From IMG/VR virus record IMGVR_UViG_2537561710_000006: a stretch of 4,333 bases of DNA, one strand, 5' to 3'. How positions within the stretch are numbered: position 1 is the first letter of the stretch; each line of letters opens with the position of its first letter. Position numbers and translations under genes: made by a program. Source of the stretch: a virus (taxonomy: Duplodnaviria > Heunggongvirae > Uroviricota > Caudoviricetes). Of this stretch, positions 1 through 4,333 are shown one piece after another. Under the pieces are notes generated by a model. That model did not search any database and was not told the origin of the DNA. It saw only the letters and a list, made by a program, of their open reading frames with translations.

Positions 1-225
1 GATGACCCTGAAAATATCAGCTATGCCGGACAGGGCGTGCGTGTTGAAGGCTCCAGCCCGTCCCTGTTTGTCCGGACTGATGATGTGCGGCAACTGCGGC
101 GTGGAGACACGCTGACCATCGGTGAGGAAAACTTCTGGATAGACCGGATTTCGACGGATGATGGCGGAAGCTGTCATCTCTGGCTTGGGCGGGGCGTACC
201 GCCTGCCGTTAACCGTCGTCGCTGA
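1..225 (+). CDS. FII: Head-tail joining protein gpFII, C-terminal part (5' end lies upstream of the window)
   Basis: Frame 1 is open from base 1 to TGA at 223-225. The translation (...DDPENISYAGQGVRVEGSSPSLFVRTDDVRQLRRGDTLTIGEENFW...HLWLGRGVPPAVNRRR) matches my recollection of the lambda gpFII C-terminus. It sits immediately upstream of Z, as in lambda. Confidence 0.9.
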   Translation, partial: DDPENISYAGQGVRVEGSSPSLFVRTDDVRQLRRGDTLTIGEENFWIDRISTDDGGSCHLWLGRGVPPAVNRRR

Positions 226-232
226 AGGGGGG
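226..232 (+). promoter_or_regulatory. Shine-Dalgarno-like purine/G-rich tract (AGGGGGG) for Z
   Basis: G-rich tract 5-11 nt upstream of the Z ATG at 237, directly after the FII stop codon. Confidence 0.5.
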
Positions 233-236
233 ATGT

Positions 237-815
237 ATGGCCATAAAAGGTCTTGAGCAGGCCGTTGAAAACCTCAGTCGTATCAGCAAAACGGCGGTGC
301 CTGGTGCGTCAGCAATGGCCATTAACCGCGTTGCTTCATCCGCGATATCGCAGTCGGCGTCACAGGTTGCCCGTGAGACAAGAGTACGCCGGAAACTGGT
401 AAAGGAAAGGGCCAGGCTGAAAAGGGCCACGGTTAAAAATCCGCAGGCCAGAATCAAGGTTAACCGGGGGGATTTGCCCGTAATCAAGCTGGGTAACGCG
501 CGGGTTGTCCTGTCCCGACGCAGGCGTCGTAAAAAGGGGCAGCGTTCATCCCTGAAAGGTGGCGGCAGCGTGCTTGTGGTGGGAAACCGTCGTATTCCCG
601 GCGCGTTTATTCAGCAACTGAAAAATGGCCGGTGGCATGTCATGCAGCGTGTGGCCGGGAAAAACCGTTACCCCATTGATGTGGTGAAAATCCCGATGGC
701 GGTGCCGCTGACCACGGCGTTTAAACAGAATATTGAGCGGATACGGCGTGAACGTCTTCCGAAAGAGCTGGGCTATGCGCTGCAGCATCAACTGAGAATG
801 GTAATAAAGCGATGA
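237..815 (+). CDS. Z: Minor tail protein gpZ (tail completion protein), 192 aa
   Basis: ATG at 237 with upstream G-rich RBS, stop TGA at 813-815. The translation (MAIKGLEQAVENLSRISKTAVPG...SRRRRRKKGQRSS...[10 protein letters not shown]) is recognisable as lambda gpZ, and the 192-aa length matches. Confidence 0.95.
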   Translation: MAIKGLEQAVENLSRISKTAVPGASAMAINRVASSAISQSASQVARETRVRRKLVKERARLKRATVKNPQARIKVNRGDLPVIKLGNARVVLSRRRRRKKGQRSSLKGGGSVLVVGNRRIPGAFIQQLKNGRWHVMQRVAGKNRYPIDVVKIPMAVPLTTAFKQNIERIRRERLPKELGYALQHQLRMVIKR

Positions 816-1207
816 AACATACTGAACTCCGTGCAGCCGTACTGGATGCACTGGAGAAGCATGACACCGGGGCGACGTTTTTTGATGGTCGCCCCGCTGT
901 TTTTGATGAGGCGGATTTTCCGGCAGTTGCCGTTTATCTCACCGGCGCTGAATACACGGGCGAAGAGCTGGACAGCGATACCTGGCAGGCGGAGCTGCAT
1001 ATCGAAGTTTTCCTGCCTGCTCAGGTGCCGGATTCAGAGCTGGATGCGTGGATGGAGTCCCGGATTTATCCGGTGATGAGCGATATCCCGGCACTATCAG
1101 ATTTGATCACCAGTATGGTGGCCAGTGGCTATGACTACCGGCGCGACGATGATGCGGGCCTGTGGAGTTCAGCCGATCTGACTTATGTCATTACCTATGA
1201 AATGTGA
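812..1207 (+). CDS. U: Tail tube terminator protein gpU, 131 aa
   Basis: ATG at 812 overlaps the Z stop (ATGA at 812-815), stop TGA at 1205-1207. The translation ([70 protein letters not shown]...) is recognisable as lambda gpU, and the 131-aa length matches. Confidence 0.95.
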   Translation: MKHTELRAAVLDALEKHDTGATFFDGRPAVFDEADFPAVAVYLTGAEYTGEELDSDTWQAELHIEVFLPAQVPDSELDAWMESRIYPVMSDIPALSDLITSMVASGYDYRRDDDAGLWSSADLTYVITYEM

Positions 1208-1210
1208 GGA
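1206..1210 (+). promoter_or_regulatory. Shine-Dalgarno (GAGGA) for V, overlapping the U stop codon
   Basis: GAGGA lies 4 nt upstream of the V ATG at 1215 and overlaps the U TGA at 1205-1207. Confidence 0.6.
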
Positions 1211-1214
1211 CGAT

Positions 1215-1955
1215 ATGCCAACACCAAATCCTCTGGCACCGGTGAAAGGGGCCGGGACCACACTGTGGGTTTATAACGGGAACGGCGACCCATATGCAAA
1301 CCCGCTTTCAGACAATGACTGGTCGCGTCTGGCAAAGGTTAAAGACCTGACGCCCGGCGAACTGACCGCTGAGTCCTATGACGACAGTTATCTCGATGAT
1401 GAAGATGCGGACTGGGCCGCGACCGGACAGGGGCAGAAATCCGCTGGAGATACCAGCTTCACGCTGGCGTGGATGCCCGGAGAGCAGGGGCAGCAGGCGC
1501 TGCTGGCGTGGTTTAATGAAGGTGATACCCGTGCCTATAAAATCCGCTTCCCGAACGGCACGGTCGATGTGTTCCGCGGCTGGGTCAGCAGTATCGGTAA
1601 GGCGGTGACGGCGAAGGAAGTGATCACCCGCACGGTGAAAGTCACCAACGTGGGACGTCCGTCGATGGCAGAAGATCGCAGCACGGTAACAGCGGCAACC
1701 GGCATGACCGTGACGCCTGCCAGCACCTCGGTGGTGAAAGGGCAGAGCACGACGCTGACCGTGGCATTCCAGCCGGAAGGCGCAACCGACAAGAGCTTCC
1801 GTGCGGTGTCTGCGGATAAAACAAAAGCCACCGTGTCGGTCAGTGGTATGACCATCACCGTGAAAGGTGTTGCTGCAGGCAAGGTCAACATTCCGGTCGT
1901 ATCCGGTAATGGTGAGTTTGCTGCGGTTGCAGAAATCAACGTCACCGCCAGTTAA
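1215..1955 (+). CDS. V: Major tail tube protein gpV, 246 aa, with C-terminal Ig-like (Big_2-type) domain
   Basis: The ORF track starts at 1185, but the ATG at 1215 is preceded by GAGGA and gives the lambda-like N-terminus [20 protein letters not shown]...; the upstream in-frame ATG at 1185 lies inside U. Stop TAA at 1953-1955. The body ([48 protein letters not shown]...) is recognisable as gpV. The C-terminal ~85 aa ([25 protein letters not shown]...[19 protein letters not shown]) has the typical Big_2 Ig-like pattern. Confidence 0.95.
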   Translation: MPTPNPLAPVKGAGTTLWVYNGNGDPYANPLSDNDWSRLAKVKDLTPGELTAESYDDSYLDDEDADWAATGQGQKSAGDTSFTLAWMPGEQGQQALLAWFNEGDTRAYKIRFPNGTVDVFRGWVSSIGKAVTAKEVITRTVKVTNVGRPSMAEDRSTVTAATGMTVTPASTSVVKGQSTTLTVAFQPEGATDKSFRAVSADKTKATVSVSGMTITVKGVAAGKVNIPVVSGNGEFAAVAEINVTAS

Positions 1956-1958
1956 TCC

Positions 1959-1963
1959 GGAGA
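1959..1963 (+). promoter_or_regulatory. Shine-Dalgarno (GGAGA) for G
   Basis: GGAGA lies 7 nt upstream of the G ATG at 1971, in the 15-nt V-G intergenic gap. Confidence 0.6.
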
Positions 1964-1970
1964 ATCAGCG

Positions 1971-2393
1971 ATGTTCCTGAAAACCGAATCATTTGAACAT
2001 AACGGCGTGACCGTCACGCTTTCTGAACTGTCAGCCCTGCAGCGTATTGAGCATCTCGCCCTGATGAAACGGCAGGCAGAACAGGCGGAGTCAGACAGCA
2101 ACCGGAAGTTTACTGTGGAAGACGCCATCAGAACCGGCGCTTTTGTGGTGGCGATGTCCCTGTGGCATAACCATCCGAAGAAGACGCAGATGCCGTCCAT
2201 GAATGAAGCCGTTAAACAGATTGAGCAGGAAGTGCTTACCACCTGGCCCGCGGAGGCAATTTCTCATGCTGAAAACGTGGTGTACCGGCTGTCCGGTATG
2301 TATGAGTTTGTGGTGAATGATGCCCCTGAACAGGCAGAGGACGCCGGGCCTGCAGAGCCTGTTTCTGCGGGAAAGTGTTCGACGGTGAGCTGA
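1971..2393 (+). CDS. G: Tail assembly chaperone gpG, 140 aa (zero-frame product)
   Basis: ATG at 1971, stop TGA at 2391-2393. The translation (MFLKTESFEHNGVTVTLSELSALQRIEHLALMKRQAEQAE...VSAGKCSTVS) is recognisable as lambda gpG. The slippery heptamer lies 6 codons before the stop. Confidence 0.95.
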   Translation: MFLKTESFEHNGVTVTLSELSALQRIEHLALMKRQAEQAESDSNRKFTVEDAIRTGAFVVAMSLWHNHPKKTQMPSMNEAVKQIEQEVLTTWPAEAISHAENVVYRLSGMYEFVVNDAPEQAEDAGPAEPVSAGKCSTVS

Positions 2394-2809
2394 GTTTTGC
2401 CCTGAAACTGGCGCGCGAGATGGGGCGACCCGACTGGCGTGCCATGCTTGCCGGGATGTCATCCACGGAGTATGCCGACTGGCACCGCTTTTACAGTACC
2501 CATTATTTTCATGATGTTCTGCTGGATATGCACTTTTCCGGGCTGACGTACACCGTGCTCAGCCTGTTTTTCAGCGATCCGGATATGCATCCGCTGGATT
2601 TCAGTCTGCTGAACCGGCGTGAGGCTGACGAAGAGCCTGAAGATGATGTGCTGATGCAGAAAGCGGCAGGGCTTGCTGGAGGCGTTCGTTTTGGCCCGGA
2701 CGGGAATGAAGTTATCCCCGCTTCCCCGGATGTGGCGGACATGACGGAGGATGACGTAATGCTGATGACAGTATCAGAAGGGATCGCAGGAGGAGTCCGG
2801 TATGGCTGA
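1971..2809 (+). CDS. T: Tail assembly chaperone gpG-T fusion, made by -1 programmed ribosomal frameshift at 2369-2375; about 279 aa (G residues 1-135 plus 144 T-frame codons from 2375 to 2806, stop TGA 2807-2809)
   Basis: The -1 frame ORF 2375..2809 has no plausible independent start or RBS and begins exactly at the G GGA AAG slippery heptamer near the end of G. Its translation (..FDGELSFALKLAREMGRPDWRAMLAGMSSTEYADWHRFYSTHYFHDVLLDMHF...) matches the lambda gpT segment. The G/G-T arrangement is an established conserved feature of long-tailed phages. Confidence 0.9.
2369..2375 (+). other. -1 programmed ribosomal frameshift slippery heptamer G GGA AAG (recoding signal for G-T)
   Basis: GGGAAAG, read in the G frame as gcG GGA AAG, fits the X XXY YYZ pattern. 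The -1 frame is open from here to 2809 and encodes the T-like sequence. Confidence 0.9.
2788..2793 (+). promoter_or_regulatory. Shine-Dalgarno (AGGAGG) for H, embedded in the 3' end of the T frame
   Basis: A consensus AGGAGG lies 8 nt upstream of the H ATG at 2802. Confidence 0.7.
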
Positions 2810-4333
2810 ACCGGTAGGCGATCTGGTCGTTGATTTAAGTCTGGATGCGGCCAGATTTGACGAGCAGATGGCCAGAGTCAGGCGTCATTTTTCCGGTACG
2901 GAAAGTGATGCGAAAAAAACAGCGGCAGTCGTTGAACAGTCGATGAGCCGGCAGGCGCTGGCTGCACAGAAAGCGGGAATTTCCGTCGGGCAGTATAAAG
3001 CCGCCATGCGTATGCTGCCTGCGCAGTTCACTGACGTGGCCACGCAGCTTGCAGGTGGGCAAAGTCCGTGGCTGATCCTGCTGCAACAGGGGGGGCAGGT
3101 GAAGGACTCCTTCGGCGGGATGATCCCCATGTTCCGGGGGCTTGCCGGTGCGATCACCCTGCCGATGGTGGGGGCCACCTCGCTGGCGGTGGCGACCGGT
3201 GCGCTGGCGTATGCCTGGTATCAGGGCAACTCAACCCTGTCCGATTTCAACAAAACGCTGGTCCTTTCCGGCAATCAGGCCGGGCTGACGGCAGATCGTA
3301 TGCTGGTCCTGTCCAGAGCCGGGCAGGCGGCAGGGCTGACGTTTAACCAGACCAGCGAGTCACTCAGCGCACTGGTTAAGGCGGGGGTAAGCGGTGAGGC
3401 TCAGATTGCGTCCATCAGCCAGAGTGTGGCGCGTTTCTCCTCTGCATCAGGCGTGGAGGTGGACAAGGTCGCTGAAGCCTTCGGGAAGCTGACCACTGAC
3501 CCGACGTCGGGGCTGACAGCGATGGCGCGCCAGTTCCATAACGTGACGGCGGAGCAGATTGCGTATGTTGCTCAGTTGCAGCGTTCCGGCGAAGAAGCCG
3601 GGGCATTGCAGGCGGCGAACGAGGCCGCGACGAAAGGGTTTGATGACCAGACCCGCCGCCTGAAAGAGAACATGGGCACGCTGGAAACCTGGGCAGACAG
3701 GACAGCACGGGCATTCAAATCCATGTGGGATGCGGTGCTGGATATTGGTCGTCCTGATACCGCGCAGGAGATGCTGATTAAGGCAGAGGCCGCGTTTAAG
3801 AAAGCGGACGATATCTGGAATCTGCGCAAGGATGATTATTTTGTTAACGATGAAGCGCGGGCGCGTTACTGGGATGATCGTGAAAAGGCCCGTCTTGCGC
3901 TTGAAGCCGCCCGAAAGAAGGCTGAGCAGCAGAGTCAACAGGACAAAAATGCGCAGCAACAGAGCGATACCGAAGCGTCACGGCTGAAATATACCGAAGA
4001 GGCGCAGAAGGCTTACGAACGCCTGCAGACGCCGCTGGAGAAATATACCGCCCGTCAGGAAGAACTGAATAAGGCACTGAAAGACGGGAAAATCCTGCAG
4101 GCAGATTACAACACGCTGATGGCGGCGGCGAAAAAGGACTATGAAGCGACGCTGAAAAAGCCGAAGTCGTCAGGAGTCAAAGTGTCAGCCGGTGAGCGTC
4201 AGGAAGACCAGGCGCATGCTGCCCTGCTGGCGCTTGAAACCGAGCTCAGGACGCTGGAAAAACACAGCGGTGCGAATGAGAAAATCAGCCAGCAGCGTCG
4301 CGATTTATGGAAAGCGGAAAATCAGTATGCGGT
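2802..4333 (+). CDS. H: Tail tape measure protein gpH, N-terminal ~510 aa (3' end beyond the window)
   Basis: ATG at 2802 with a strong RBS, overlapping the T-frame stop by 8 nt. The frame stays open to the window end (510 codons), so it is missing from the ORF track, which lists only stop-terminated ORFs. The translation (MAEPVGDLVVDLSLDAARFDEQMARVRRHFSGTESDAKKTAAVVEQ...GGMIPMFRGLAGAITLPMVGATSLAVATGALAYAWYQG...) is recognisable as lambda gpH. It continues into a long charged A/E/K/Q/R-rich, probably helical region typical of tape measure proteins. Confidence 0.95.
   Translation, partial: MAEPVGDLVVDLSLDAARFDEQMARVRRHFSGTESDAKKTAAVVEQSMSRQALAAQKAGISVGQYKAAMRMLPAQFTDVATQLAGGQSPWLILLQQGGQVKDSFGGMIPMFRGLAGAITLPMVGATSLAVATGALAYAWYQGNSTLSDFNKTLVLSGNQAGLTADRMLVLSRAGQAAGLTFNQTSESLSALVKAGVSGEAQIASISQSVARFSSASGVEVDKVAEAFGKLTTDPTSGLTAMARQFHNVTAEQIAYVAQLQRSGEEAGALQAANEAATKGFDDQTRRLKENMGTLETWADRTARAFKSMWDAVLDIGRPDTAQEMLIKAEAAFKKADDIWNLRKDDYFVNDEARARYWDDREKARLALEAARKKAEQQSQQDKNAQQQSDTEASRLKYTEEAQKAYERLQTPLEKYTARQEELNKALKDGKILQADYNTLMAAAKKDYEATLKKPKSSGVKVSAGERQEDQAHAALLALETELRTLEKHSGANEKISQQRRDLWKAENQYA

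Noticed and set aside
209-487. Minus-strand ORF, 92 aa, antisense to the FII/Z junction and Z
   Set aside because: Lies entirely inside well-supported + strand genes, has no recognisable protein features or RBS, and is a typical antisense ORF in GC-rich coding DNA.
546-1000. Minus-strand ORFs (101 aa and 70 aa) antisense to Z and U
   Set aside because: Embedded antisense in confirmed genes; His/Arg-rich low-complexity translations with no sign of a real product.
831-1076. Plus-strand alternate-frame ORF, 81 aa, inside U
   Set aside because: Out of frame with the recognisable gpU sequence, Arg/Cys-rich translation, no RBS; spurious.
1185-1214. Upstream in-frame ATG extending the V ORF by 10 codons ([10 protein letters not shown]...)
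   Set aside because: The extension overlaps the 3' end of U and has no RBS, whereas the ATG at 1215 has GAGGA at the correct spacing and gives the gpV-like N-terminus.
1378-1945. Alternate-frame + ORF (76 aa) and minus-strand ORFs (136 aa, 60 aa) inside V
   Set aside because: All are embedded in the strongly supported gpV reading frame, with low-complexity translations; spurious.
1952-2466. Minus-strand ORFs (96, 123, 76 aa) antisense to G and the T frame
   Set aside because: Antisense to confirmed G/G-T coding sequence; no independent coding evidence.
3089-3095. G7 homopolymer (cag ggg ggg cag) inside H, and the A7 run at 2913-2919
   Set aside because: Short homopolymers that encode Gly-Gly and Lys-Lys in frame. 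Too short and without context to call phase-variable slippage tracts; probably incidental.
2835-3959. Several minus-strand ORFs (83-170 aa) and a + alternate-frame ORF (3068..3346, 92 aa) inside H
   Set aside because: The H frame is open and recognisable for 510 codons. Long antisense and off-frame ORFs are expected by chance in GC-rich coding sequence with a biased codon third position; their translations are Arg/Pro/Gly-rich and lack RBS signals.
1-4333. Search for promoters, Rho-independent terminators, tRNAs, CRISPR repeats, IS ends or a toxin-antitoxin/defence cassette
   Set aside because: No convincing -35/-10 pair, GC-rich hairpin plus U-tract, direct repeat array or inverted terminal repeats were seen. 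Gene packing leaves almost no intergenic space, consistent with the interior of a late operon.

Overview
This window is a contiguous, same-strand block of the lambdoid siphovirus tail-assembly module, in the gene order FII (3' end) - Z - U - V - G / G-T - H (5' part). The translated products are recognisable as the phage lambda proteins gpFII, gpZ, gpU, gpV, gpG, the gpG-T frameshift fusion and the N-terminal ~510 residues of the tape measure protein gpH. Gene lengths, spacings and start/stop overlaps fit what I recall for lambda with no indels, so this is lambda itself or a very close lambdoid (pro)phage of an enterobacterial host. All real genes are on the + strand; the listed minus-strand and alternate-frame ORFs lie inside these genes and are judged spurious. 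I do not find a novel or undescribed system here: this is one of the best-characterised gene clusters known. The points worth a second look are the conserved -1 programmed frameshift site in G/T, the Ig-like C-terminal domain of gpV, the tight translational coupling between genes, and possible scattered amino-acid differences from reference lambda, which I cannot verify without an alignment. No tRNA, rRNA, CRISPR, IS element, or convincing promoter or terminator was seen, as expected inside a late operon transcribed from far upstream.
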